Assembly (NCBI GenBank): GCA_902765225.1 | Contig: CACWYV010000005.1 | Coordinates: 43,861-107,860, forward strand | Source of the DNA: Candidatus Avelusimicrobium intestinale | GTDB taxonomy: Bacteria; Elusimicrobiota; Elusimicrobia; Elusimicrobiales; Elusimicrobiaceae | Reading direction: 5' to 3' | Length of the DNA stretch: 64,000 bases | Shown here: piece after piece, positions 39,345 through 49,400 of the stretch | How positions within the stretch are numbered: position 1 is the stretch's first letter | Layout: the number at the start of each line of letters is the position of its first letter | Program-made: the position numbers and the translations under genes | The notes under the pieces: model-generated | Databases searched by the model: none | The model's input: only the letters and a program-made list of their open reading frames with translations | Told to the model about the DNA's origin: nothing

Positions 39345-39959
39345 ATGACTATTACCATTACTTTGCTTATTTTATTTAGTTATTTATTAGGTTCCGTTCC
39401 CACCGGATACTTAATCGCCAAGCGCGTGATGCATATTGATATCCGGGAGCACGGCTCCGGAAACCCCGGTGCGGCAAACGTGTATCGTACCGTCGGCAAA
39501 TGGCCCGGCATAGCCACATTTGTGATTGATGCTTTTAAAGGATTTGTGCCCGTGTGTCTGGCCCGGTATTATTGTCCGGAATATTATTGGGTGGCTATCG
39601 TGTGTGGGGTGATTGCCATTTTGGGGCACATGTGGACGATTTACCTTAAATTCCGCGGCGGAAAAGGGGTGGCCACTTCGGCCGGTGTGTTTGCCGCATT
39701 GTTGCCTATTCCTACAGCCATTGCTTTCCTGTCTTTTGTGATTTGCGTGGCGTTATGGGGGCGGATTTCCATCGGTTCTATTTGTGCGTGTGTGGTGTTA
39801 CCGCTATGCAGTTACTTCATCGGTAATCATCCTATGTCCGTTAATTTGATGGTGACGGCAATCGGGGCACTGGTCATTTACAAACACGTACCCAACATCA
39901 AACGTTTACTGGCCCAAAAAGAACTGAAATTTGAAGACGGCGCCAAAAAGAGAAAATAA
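39345..39959 (+). CDS. plsY: Glycerol-3-phosphate acyltransferase
   Basis: SYLLGSVP, GSGNPGAANVYR, FRGGKGVATSAG and KHVPNIKRL motifs. Confidence 0.95.
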   Translation: MTITITLLILFSYLLGSVPTGYLIAKRVMHIDIREHGSGNPGAANVYRTVGKWPGIATFVIDAFKGFVPVCLARYYCPEYYWVAIVCGVIAILGHMWTIYLKFRGGKGVATSAGVFAALLPIPTAIAFLSFVICVALWGRISIGSICACVVLPLCSYFIGNHPMSVNLMVTAIGALVIYKHVPNIKRLLAQKELKFEDGAKKRK

Positions 39960-39962
39960 TTT

Positions 39963-40967
39963 ATGAATATCCGTAAAGTAACCGTCCTAGGGGCGGGGAT
40001 TTGGGGCAGTGTAATTGCCCAACATATGGCTAAAAAGGGGTTTGACGTTTCGTTGTGGGAATACGATGAGACGTTGCTTAATGCCCTGAAAACTATGGGG
40101 CGCCACCCCAACATTCCCAATTTCAAAATACACGATAATATCCGTTTGACGGGCAACGTGGCCGAGGCCGTGGAAAATACCGATTTGATTATTTTTGTCA
40201 TTTCTTCCAAGGCCATCCGGTTGTTCTGCCGGGAACGATTGAAACCGCTTTTAAACGGGCGTGTCGTACCGGTCGTGAGTGCTTCTAAAGGGATTGAAGA
40301 TAAATCGTTTAAAACTATTTGCGAAATTATTGAAGAAGAACTGCCGCATTTGAAGGATAAAGTATTGGCGTTTTCCGGTCCGAGTTTCGCGTTGGAAGTG
40401 GCCCAAAACGTGCCGACCAAAATTATGCTGGCCGGGGCCGATGAAAAATTGGTACATGAAATTGCCCAAGTGATGAGCGGAGATCCGATTATTGTGGTAC
40501 CCGCGCGGGACCGCCGCGGTGTGGAGTACGGAGGCGGTATTAAAAATGTACTGGCAATCGGCTGCGGGGTTATTGACGGGATTGGTGATGGAGCCAATGC
40601 CAAAGCCGCACTCATTACACAGGCGTTGCAAGAGATGAATGATATTTTGGTCAGTCAAGGCGGGCAAGCCGGTACCGTTTATAGTTTAGCCGGATTTGGC
40701 GATGCTATTTTAACCGGGATGTCTGCCATTTCCCGCAACCGCCGGTTGGGGGAAAAATTGGGTACGGGTCTTTCGTTAGAAGAAGCCAAAAAACAGGTGG
40801 GTACGATTGCGGAAGGGGTAAACTCCGTTCAAAGCGTGTATGATATTGCCCGCAAAAACCATTTAACCACTCCGATTATTGATGCTATCTGGCAAATTGT
40901 TTGCCAAGGGAAAAAGCCGCATGTGCTGTTACACGCCATGGGGTTTGTTAATCGGGGAAACAAATAA
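39963..40967 (+). CDS. gpsA: NAD(P)H-dependent glycerol-3-phosphate dehydrogenase
   Basis: VLGAGIWG, SKGIE, SGPSFA, KNVLAIGCG and SRNRRLG motifs. Confidence 0.95.
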   Translation: MNIRKVTVLGAGIWGSVIAQHMAKKGFDVSLWEYDETLLNALKTMGRHPNIPNFKIHDNIRLTGNVAEAVENTDLIIFVISSKAIRLFCRERLKPLLNGRVVPVVSASKGIEDKSFKTICEIIEEELPHLKDKVLAFSGPSFALEVAQNVPTKIMLAGADEKLVHEIAQVMSGDPIIVVPARDRRGVEYGGGIKNVLAIGCGVIDGIGDGANAKAALITQALQEMNDILVSQGGQAGTVYSLAGFGDAILTGMSAISRNRRLGEKLGTGLSLEEAKKQVGTIAEGVNSVQSVYDIARKNHLTTPIIDAIWQIVCQGKKPHVLLHAMGFVNRGNK

Positions 40968-41032
40968 AATCCATCCTTCCGCAAACAGATAAAGCGGAAG
41001 GGTGTTCTATCTATCGGTAAGGATGAAGTAAG

Positions 41033-41296
41033 ATGAATAAAGATGATGTGATCCGGCATTTAACCCGGAAAGTAATAGATAAAAAACTGGCAAAAACGGC
41101 GGTAGACGGTGTTTTTGATATCATTAAACATGGCTTGAAACGCGATGGAAAAGTGGTCATCAGTAACTTCGGTTCGTTCCAATTAAAAGTAGCCCGTCCG
41201 GTCACGCGGCATAACCCCAAAACCGGTGAAAAAGTGCAAGTTCCCGCTAAAGAAAAAGTACGGTTTAAGCCGTCGGGAAATATCCTAAAAAAATAA
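41033..41296 (+). CDS. hup: HU/IHF family DNA-binding protein
   Basis: MNKDDVI, NFGSF, RHNPKTGE and VRFKPS motifs. Confidence 0.92.
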   Translation: MNKDDVIRHLTRKVIDKKLAKTAVDGVFDIIKHGLKRDGKVVISNFGSFQLKVARPVTRHNPKTGEKVQVPAKEKVRFKPSGNILKK

Positions 41297-41389
41297 GGAT
41301 TCTTATCGGAGTGTTTGGGCGGAGTTTGTTACCTAATCCCGCCCTTTAAGTGTTTTAGTCGCCCGGCGTGTAGCAAGCGGTCGGGTGCG

Positions 41390-42700
41390 TCATAGTATGT
41401 CGTATTCGCTGCGGGCAAATTCACCGGCGGTGGCTTGGTGTTGGGCTCGGACGGGGGCCGCAAACGTGAGAGCTAACGCATCGGCCAAATCGGGACTTCT
41501 GCCCGTACGGGCTTTAAGTTTATCTTTCGGTTCCAATCGCAACCGTCCGGCTGGATCATAATCGTAGGTGGTTTGGCACAAATCGGCTTTCAATTCGGCT
41601 AGGTCCGGCAATGCCCCGGCCGAGCGAATCCACTGGGCCATTTCTCCCCACATTTCGGCGCGTTTGTTGGCGTATTGACCTGTTTTGAGTGGTGCTGCCC
41701 CGAAGGGAACCTCTGTGACAGTGAAACCCAGTTGGCGCAATCGGTCAATAATTCCTGCGCCACATCCCGCATCTATAAATACTCCATCCGGTCGGAAGGT
41801 TTCTATTTCGTGCGCCACGTGGATAGCCAGCGTCATATTATCGGTTTTCTGTAAGACAATCGGTTCAAAGGCTTGGACTCCTTGCCGCCGGATGATAACG
41901 CTGCGGTCATCGCCAAAACGGGCCGGATCTACTCCTAAAATTTTGGGAGAAAAGCGCAGTTCTCCCGCCCCATAACACCGTTTGACGGCGGCGGAAATGA
42001 TGTCAATGGGGATTAACACATTTTCTGCACTGGCGGTAAAATCACACAAATATTCTTGCCGGAAGATAGAGGCAGGCGTTTGTGCTTCAATAAGAGCCAG
42101 TTCCTGGGCGGGAATTACGTGAGATTCATCGGCGCGAAAAACGCCACTCCACCACACGTCCGGTTCTGTTTGGGCCAATTTTTGCGCTTGATTAAATATT
42201 TCATAAAAGGCATTTTGCCCTTTGGGCGTTCCCATAAATACGACCCAGCCGTCGCGCGAAAGGAGCATGGGCCGGATAATTTCCTCAAATACGCCGGGTT
42301 TGATTTGGGCATATTCATCCAAAACTACGCCGTCAGCATACGTTCCGCGCAACGCATCCGGGTTATCGGCTCCGCCCACCCAAATCCGCGCCCCGTTGGG
42401 AAGAGTCACGTGCAATTCCGTTTCGTTATAGGTTACATGGGGTAACGGAGCGCTATATCTTTTTAAATAATCCCATGCAATCATTTTGGCTTGTTTTAAA
42501 AAAGGGGCTACGTAAAAATAACGGGCGTGTGAACGGGGATTTTGCAGTGCTTTTTTGAGCAGATGATTGACGGCGCAAACGGTTTTACCCAGTTGACGGT
42601 GCGTCACCAACACGCAAAAACGGTGGGTTTCCAAAGCCGCGTGAATGCGTTTTTGAATGGGGCGCGGACGGTAGGGAATGACAATACGGGTAGCCGTCAT
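41390..42700 (-). CDS. Phage terminase large subunit-like protein
   Basis: Walker A-like HRQLGKT, Walker B VVLDEYA, motif III MGTPKG, nuclease acidic residues GVDPARFGDD / FIDAG / SPDLADALAL. Confidence 0.88.
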   Translation of the reverse strand: MTATRIVIPYRPRPIQKRIHAALETHRFCVLVTHRQLGKTVCAVNHLLKKALQNPRSHARYFYVAPFLKQAKMIAWDYLKRYSAPLPHVTYNETELHVTLPNGARIWVGGADNPDALRGTYADGVVLDEYAQIKPGVFEEIIRPMLLSRDGWVVFMGTPKGQNAFYEIFNQAQKLAQTEPDVWWSGVFRADESHVIPAQELALIEAQTPASIFRQEYLCDFTASAENVLIPIDIISAAVKRCYGAGELRFSPKILGVDPARFGDDRSVIIRRQGVQAFEPIVLQKTDNMTLAIHVAHEIETFRPDGVFIDAGCGAGIIDRLRQLGFTVTEVPFGAAPLKTGQYANKRAEMWGEMAQWIRSAGALPDLAELKADLCQTTYDYDPAGRLRLEPKDKLKARTGRSPDLADALALTFAAPVRAQHQATAGEFARSEYDIL

Positions 42701-43134
42701 TCTTCCTCCCACGATACGCTGAATACCGCCGGAGAAGCGGGTTCATCCTTGGGATCTGTCCAACCGAGTAAATTTTTGGCGGTAAACACGGCAAACGAAG
42801 CGGAATAATTCCCGCGTAGACTGTTTTGAATAAGAATATTACTTTGCAAATCGCGGGCTTTTTGGGCCGCTTCGTGGAAAGCGGGATGCTTGGTCTCCCA
42901 TTGTTTTAGCACTTCGCACGTCGTTCCCAATTTTTTGGCAAAGGAAGCGAAGGTGGGTAGCTCGGCGGCTGTTTCTACAAGAGCCACGGAGCCATCCCGT
43001 TTGGTTACTTCCGTTACCGTGAAGGCGGGTACGTCAAAATAATCCAGGAGTTGGCTGCAAAATTCCGGTTGATACCGTAACGGTACCGGTTTGGTTGGGC
43101 GAGGCATAGTAGGTGTCGTTTTCTGGCGAGGCAT
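42697..43134 (-). CDS. Phage terminase small subunit-like (P22 gp3-like DNA packaging protein)
   Basis: MPRPTK, LPTFASFAKKLG (HTH), FHEA..KARD...LIQNSL..NY...FAVFTAKNLLGWTD; ATGA overlap with terL. Confidence 0.75.
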   Translation of the reverse strand: MPRQKTTPTMPRPTKPVPLRYQPEFCSQLLDYFDVPAFTVTEVTKRDGSVALVETAAELPTFASFAKKLGTTCEVLKQWETKHPAFHEAAQKARDLQSNILIQNSLRGNYSASFAVFTAKNLLGWTDPKDEPASPAVFSVSWEEE

Positions 43135-43345
43135 ACAAAAATCCCGGACAGGTTCTGTCCGGCAAATCGTTTGAAAAAAATAACGGGAAAGAGAGAGGAT
43201 AAAAAAATTACAAACCGCCCTACGCGCTTTGTAATTGATAAATATATTTTAGCATAATTTACTTAATTTGTCAAATAAGAATAAAAAAGTCAGGTTTTGT
43301 TTGACGGCAAACAGGGAAATAAGGTACAACAGATAAGGAGGAGCT

Positions 43346-43957
43346 ATGAAATCATTTATTGTTTGGCTCGTTTGCTTAATTATATTGGTGCACGGGGTGA
43401 GAGGGTGTTACCTCAAGGATAAAAAATGGAACGATGCCCAAAAGTGGGACGTGCGTACCCAGGCAGTAAAAGTACTGAAAATAGGGGAGCAGACTTGGCC
43501 CGTTTCCGGCGTGAAGGTGGTGCAAATTCCGCAGAACGTGTATGACAGTATGGAACGTGCCCCGCAGTGGAAAGAACACTTGCTGGGGGACAAAAAACGG
43601 GTGCTGTTGATGACGTGGGACGGTTGCCCGTATGCGCGGGCTTTTAAAAACTCTTTGCAGGAAGTATTTAAAGACGCGCAAATACAAAAGGCCTACACGT
43701 TGGATATTCAAGTAACCGGGCAGATGGTATCGTGCGGTGCTATGGAGTTGCCCAACGTGGAGCAAGCAACCGCAGCGCAATTGCAGGCGGTGTTACAAAC
43801 CCCTTGCCGGTGGATTATGGACCATTGTATGGCGGGAATTTGTATCATCAATCCGCGCACGCACGAAGCCGTGGTAGATTCATCCCAAAATGCCGGGCAA
43901 ATCGTACCGTTATTAGAGGGTTACTCATCGTGGGATAAAGAGCCGCTACTAAAGTAG
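43346..43957 (+). CDS. Exported hypothetical protein, possibly thioredoxin-like fold
   Basis: N-terminal hydrophobic segment; VLLMTWDGCPYARAF; five further cysteines C-terminally; strong AGGAG RBS. Confidence 0.5.
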   Translation: MKSFIVWLVCLIILVHGVRGCYLKDKKWNDAQKWDVRTQAVKVLKIGEQTWPVSGVKVVQIPQNVYDSMERAPQWKEHLLGDKKRVLLMTWDGCPYARAFKNSLQEVFKDAQIQKAYTLDIQVTGQMVSCGAMELPNVEQATAAQLQAVLQTPCRWIMDHCMAGICIINPRTHEAVVDSSQNAGQIVPLLEGYSSWDKEPLLK

Positions 43958-43989
43958 ATTTATCAGGCTTATTTTAGAGGAGAAAAATA

Positions 43990-44841
43990 ATGAAGAAATA
44001 CCTTTTAATTATCCTAATTGTGGGTGTACTGTCTATTTTCCGCGACGCAATTTCTCCGGAAGCCAGGTTGATGTATGCTGTAAAGCGCGGAGATATTTCT
44101 CGCGTACAGCAGTTGCTCGCACGTGGAGTTAGCTCGAATAGTGTAGATTGGTGGGAAGATGAAACTCCGTTGATATGGGCAAGCGGACACGGGCGAGAGG
44201 AGGTAATTCCTGTGCTCCTTCGTTGGGGTGCGGATGTCAACATACAGCGGGAGGAGGATCAAGCAACCGCCCTGATGGAGGCCAGTGCGGAAGGCCATGC
44301 GGGAGTTGTTAAATTGTTGCTGGACGCCGGAGCCCAAGCGGATAAGCACTTCAATTGGATGGGTACCACTGCGCTTATGTTGGCAAGTGAATACGGACAT
44401 TCTGCCGTTGTTAATTTGTTGCTACAAGCGGGAGCCGATGTGAATCTCCAACGAAAGAATGATCTAGTAACTGCTTTAATTTTCGCCAGTCAAAACGGAC
44501 ACAAGGATGTTGTGGAATTATTGCTTAATTCCGGAGCAAAGGTGGATCTTGCTGATAATCACGGATGGACTGCGTTTATGTCTGCTAGCAGACATGGACA
44601 TCTTGCTATTGCCAATTTATTGTTACAAGCGGGAGCCAACGTTAATATCACAAATAAAGATGGAATAACAGCGTTACACATTGCCAGCTATTGGGGCCAA
44701 GTGGATTTGGTTAAAATGCTCCTCCAGGCGGGAGCAGATACTACAAAAATAGATCAAGAAGGAAAAACTGCATTAGATTATGCAAAAACTCCTGAAATTA
44801 AGGCACTCCTTCAACAGGCCCAAAAACAAGGGAAACATTAG
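43990..44841 (+). CDS. Ankyrin-repeat protein with N-terminal signal/anchor
   Basis: About seven canonical repeats (TPLIWASGHG, TALMEASAEGH, TALMLASEYGH, TALIFASQNGH, TAFMSASRHGH, TALHIASYWGQ, TALDYA). Confidence 0.93.
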   Translation: MKKYLLIILIVGVLSIFRDAISPEARLMYAVKRGDISRVQQLLARGVSSNSVDWWEDETPLIWASGHGREEVIPVLLRWGADVNIQREEDQATALMEASAEGHAGVVKLLLDAGAQADKHFNWMGTTALMLASEYGHSAVVNLLLQAGADVNLQRKNDLVTALIFASQNGHKDVVELLLNSGAKVDLADNHGWTAFMSASRHGHLAIANLLLQAGANVNITNKDGITALHIASYWGQVDLVKMLLQAGADTTKIDQEGKTALDYAKTPEIKALLQQAQKQGKH

Positions 44842-44853
44842 GTGTTCTGCGGG

Positions 44854-45894
44854 TTATTTCCCTTTTAGATAATCGCCGTGGAAACCTTTACCGGGGTCTA
44901 CGTGCCGTCCAATGGAATTGATTTTTTGTTCCACGCAGCCGCGGCATTTGGCGGCATTATCCCCTACGCAGATTTTTCCGGGGTATAATTCGTAAAACGG
45001 GCGAAATTCCGTATCCGTTGTGTTGGGCATTACCACATTGGCCCCCGCTTGCAACGCCACGAGCCGCCCTTGCGGGTGCAAGGTTTCCATCGCCGTCGTG
45101 GCCGGGATATTAATGTCGGGCAGTAGTAAACGCATAACGGCCATCATCTTTAAAGCCAGTTCAAAATGTCCGTCCGTTTTTTCTTGCGCTAACGGCGTTT
45201 GCGGATGGGGGATAAACGGCCCAATACCGGCCATATCCACCGGCAGTTTTTGAAAGAACAACAAATCATTTGCCAAACTTTCCATCGTTTGCCCCGGCAG
45301 TCCTACCAGCGAGCCGGAGCCGACTTCATACCCTAGTTCTTTCAAATCGTATAAACACCGTACTCGGTTGTCCCAACGCATGCCCGGGTCTAATTTTTCG
45401 TATAACATTTTATCGGTGGTTTCAATGCGCAATAAATAACGGTCGGCTCCGGCGGTGCGGTAAGCGGCATATTCTTCGCGCGTTTTCTCGCCGATACTGA
45501 GCGTAACAGCCACATCCAGTTTTTTTATCTCCCGGATGATATGGCACAGTTTATCTGCATCAAACCATACGTCTTCCCCCGATTGTAACACCACCGTTTT
45601 ATAGCCGTATGAAACGGCTTGCCGGGCTGTACGCACAATTTCTTCCGGTGTCAGACGGTAGCGGTGTACGTGTGAATTACCCGCGCGGATGCCGCAGTAT
45701 AAACAATTATTTTTACAATAGTTGGAAAATTCAATCAGCGCGCGCAGGTAAACACCGTCCCCTACAAATTTTTTTCGTACCCGATCAGCCGCCGCAAACA
45801 AAGCCACAGCATCCGGCAGTGTGAGCAGGTGAATGATTTCTGCGCTACGGAGCGTATGGGTGGTTTCTGCCCGGTGCAGGATATCGTCTGTCAT
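44854..45894 (-). CDS. hydE: [FeFe]-hydrogenase maturation radical SAM protein
   Basis: IEFSNYCKNNCLYCGIR, LQSGED, RYLLRIET, GPFIPHPQTPL, NIPATTA and YELYPGK motifs. Confidence 0.95.
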   Translation of the reverse strand: MTDDILHRAETTHTLRSAEIIHLLTLPDAVALFAAADRVRKKFVGDGVYLRALIEFSNYCKNNCLYCGIRAGNSHVHRYRLTPEEIVRTARQAVSYGYKTVVLQSGEDVWFDADKLCHIIREIKKLDVAVTLSIGEKTREEYAAYRTAGADRYLLRIETTDKMLYEKLDPGMRWDNRVRCLYDLKELGYEVGSGSLVGLPGQTMESLANDLLFFQKLPVDMAGIGPFIPHPQTPLAQEKTDGHFELALKMMAVMRLLLPDINIPATTAMETLHPQGRLVALQAGANVVMPNTTDTEFRPFYELYPGKICVGDNAAKCRGCVEQKINSIGRHVDPGKGFHGDYLKGK

Positions 45895-45915
45895 ATAGAA
45901 AAGTATAGCAAAATA

Positions 45916-46028
45916 TAGGACTTTAGACCTAAAAATTAGTAGGACTTATCCCAAAAAATTATAGGTCCAAATTACCCGGGAAAATAGAACTAAAGACCCT
46001 GGTAATGCGCGCATAAAAACGCTATGCT
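45916..46028 (+). promoter_or_regulatory. Promoter (TGGTAA-N17-TATGCT) preceded by four degenerate operator units
   Basis: taggac at 45916 and 45940, taggtc at 45962, tagaac at 45985 (22-24 bp period); final GACC-C abuts the -35 position at 46000. Confidence 0.6.
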
Positions 46029-46065
46029 TATTATATAAGAAGCGCAGGATGTGAGGGCAGTTATT

Positions 46066-46236
46066 ATGAAAAAGGCCGAAAAGTTGAAAGTTCTGATTGC
46101 GGATGAATCGCGACCGTTGCGCCGGATGTTTAGCGAAATGAATCACGGTTTTACAGATTGGTACAAAGCCACCCAGTTAGAAATTGATTTGTTGGAAGAA
46201 GATATGATTCGGCGCCTGCGTAACGGCAATTTGTAG
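46066..46236 (+). CDS. 56-aa small protein with a receiver-like N-terminal strand-helix
   Basis: GAGGG RBS 8 nt upstream; MKKAEKLKVLIADESRPLRRMFSEM...; sits directly behind the operator-bearing promoter. Confidence 0.55.
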   Translation: MKKAEKLKVLIADESRPLRRMFSEMNHGFTDWYKATQLEIDLLEEDMIRRLRNGNL

Positions 46237-46294
46237 TGTTGTAATGTAGTGTGTTTCATCTCCTAAGGGATATCATAGACCTCCTATCCCGCCC

Positions 46295-46356
46295 GGTGTC
46301 CGCCTGACCAACGGACACCAGTGACCAAAGGACCTATTCCATATAGGTCCTTTTTC
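46295..46356 (+). other. Two tandem hairpins (possible terminator/attenuator)
   Basis: ggtgtccg-cctgaccaa-cggacacc and aaaggacctat-tccat-ataggtccttt followed by Ts. Confidence 0.55.
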
Positions 46357-46424
46357 GTTTTGTTGAAAAGAAGTTGGTTTTAGTGCCGGAAGTTTTATCA
46401 AGTTCTATACAAAGGAGTAGGCTC

Positions 46425-49400
46425 ATGGTTCGTTGTGTTATCGGTTGGAAACAAATCTTGCAAGCAGGATTCATTGTTTTTTTACTATCGGGTGGTGTAG
46501 CCCAGGCCCAAGATGTACGTGGCTTACTGGTTAAAATGACGGTCAATGTGTTGACTCAAAAAGGGTTTTCTCGGTCGGCAAAACTTGTCAACGCGGTAAA
46601 ACTTTCTTTGGAAAAACTATCCCTGGACCCTTATTTAAGTACTGACGGAATGATTGCGCTTTCGCAGCAGCAGGCGGCGATGTTGGCAACGGATAGAGAA
46701 TTTTTGAACTTACTAAATCCCGCTACGGAGCCGGCCGCGGAGGATCTTTCTCTCCCTGTCCGTACGTCCGTAACGCCGTTAGTTATGCCGCCAACGTTCG
46801 CGGTTCAGGCAGAGGTTCCCGTCCGCAGCCAACATTTGATGCAAACCGTGGATCAGTTGGCGCATAGGACCGTGTCGGGGTATGGTCCGTTCTTTGCAAA
46901 AATAAACCGAAGTATGTTTTCCGACCGATACGGTATGGATTTACACCAGATGATTGCCTTACATGAAACTTTATACCCGCAAGATAAGGGAGTGGTTTCT
47001 CCCCGATCCCTGGAGCCTGTGTTTCGGGTAGAAAAGCGGGCTATGGAGATGGTTTCCAACGGGACTTTGTCCGATAATTGGCAAAAATTATCCGATACCG
47101 ACCGAATGGTTATTTTTGAATCATTTTTACCGACCTATCTTCTCAATCCCGGAGAAGAAGCAAAGGAAATATCCGTACCGCTATTGGCACAGGCGTTGCA
47201 GTACTACCGGGAAATCGTCAGTGGAAAAATGGCTTCCAAAACCCGTGAAGCGGACCGTTTTGCCCAACAAATGAGTGCAGTAACCAACTTAAGTTTGTTG
47301 GGACGGATGGAAGACGTACCGCTTTTATTGGAAGCTGCCCAACAGGATTTTGGCTTATTCAATGAGTGGGCAGATTATTTTCTGGCGCGGGCCGTATTTA
47401 ACTTGGGTACCTACAAGGACGTGCGTACATTGGCCTATATCCGTTTGAAAATGGCCCGGGAGCGGGGGGAATTGATGCCCCCGGTTTGGCAGGGCATTCG
47501 GGAACTGGGCCGTGCGGAAGGACAAACACTACGGGTTCCGCTGGAAGAAATAGAAACAAAAGAAATATCGGTTCCTCCTTTTCTGCAAGAAAATTTGTTG
47601 TTACACCATGCGTTCAATTATTTGTTGGCCAATCCTACGCAGGAAGTAACGCTGGAGTGGAAAGAGTTGCGGGCCGGTTTGGTGGAATCGTTTCAACCCT
47701 GGCTGACGGCAGCAGACGATCTGGCTAATGTAATGGCGGCTACCGTAAAAGCACCGGCAGTGAAACCGGCTGAAAATCCCGCCGAACCTGTTGAACCGTT
47801 CCGGGCGGAGGATCCGGCAGAAGAAAATCCCCCTGTAACGGTGGAGTTTGAACATCAACCGCAACGCGTTTCCCCACCTATCCCCCGGGAACACCCGGTC
47901 AAACCGGCCTATCGGACCTCTGCGCCCAAGGAGGAAAACTCCTCCAAACGAACAAAATCCGTTGAGAAGCGTTCTCCGGTTCGTTCGGAAGTATCGTATA
48001 AGAAACCACCCTTAAGTGATATGGCGGTGCAAGAAGTCATGACGGCTTTAGAAGATTACGTTTGGGAGCATCAGGCCGCTCCGGATTTTAATTCGGGATT
48101 GCGCCACCAGGTAAACCGCTTACGCCCGCAAGCGGCCGCAGGAGACCCGGTATGCCAACAAATTGTTGATTTAATGGATAGCTACAATTCCAATGCCGTG
48201 TTTCGCAATTCGCAGCAGTTGTACAACGAATTGCAACGATATATTCAACGGTATGGCAAGTTGCCCCCTAGAGGAACGCGGCTGCGTAACCGGATCAATA
48301 GAATCTGGCAGAAAAACAAGGCAACCGATACGTGGTCACAATCCATTATTGCGTTAGTTGACGAGTACATTCCCCGCCATTTTATTTCTTCGGCTGAGTT
48401 ATTGACAGATTTAAAGGAGCATCTGGCCAAAACGGGAGGATTGGTCCCCGAAAAGGGAACTCTGTTGCATACCCGGATTAGCAATGCTAGAAGTAAATAT
48501 TCAAATGATCCCAATGTTCAAGAAATAGACCGGTTATTTAAACAATATAACAAACCTGTGGACCCGGCACGTCTGCGCCGGGAGATAGAGCAGTATTTGA
48601 AAGAACATGGGGAATTTCTTGCCGGGAGCCGGCGCCTTCATAGCCAGATTGCCCTCGTGCGTCAATGGAATCCGGAAGATCCTGATCTGCAGGCGATTGA
48701 CGAGCTGGTTAGGCAGGCGAATCAGGCCAAGTATGACAATCTATTGTTCGAGCTAGAGGCATACGTTCAAGAGCACGAAGCGTTGCCTCCCCAACATTCT
48801 AGTTTACGTAGCCGCTTAGATTACATTCGCAAGGCCGGGGATCCTGCTAATGAAACGGTACAACAAATCTTAACTTTGACCCATCAATTTCTTCAAAAAC
48901 CCGGCGTTCAAGTACCCCGACGACGTGCTAATCACACGCCTCAACAAATAGAAGAGGAATTGGAGGCTTATTTGAATAAATACGGGGAAATGCCGGCTCA
49001 CGGTACGCCCCTGCGGAACTCCGTTGATAATTTACTCAATTATCATAAAGGGGATGAACAAGATGCTCACATAAATCATATCCGGGAATTGAAAGAACAG
49101 TATCGTAAAAAAACCAAACATATGGGGAGGACTCCTCAAAGCGTGTTGGAGGAGTTACAAGTGTATGTAGCGGAAAATGAGGGTAAACTACCCCCGCAGA
49201 ATAGCGGTTTGCGCACAATGGCCTATCAGTTTGTTCGGGCCGGTTCTCCCGATGATCCGGCTATTAAGGAACTGGCTGCATTTCTGAAAGAACACGCGCA
49301 ACGGCAGAGACGAACTACGCAAGAAGTGTATGAGGATTTGCGGGACTATGTATTAACCTATGGTAAATTGCCGCCTGCAGGGCATCCGCTTCGTCAATCG

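Noticed and set aside
41390-44841. Calling the terminase region a prophage
   Set aside because: No integrase, portal, capsid, tail, lysis genes or att repeats are visible, and the flanks are host genes.
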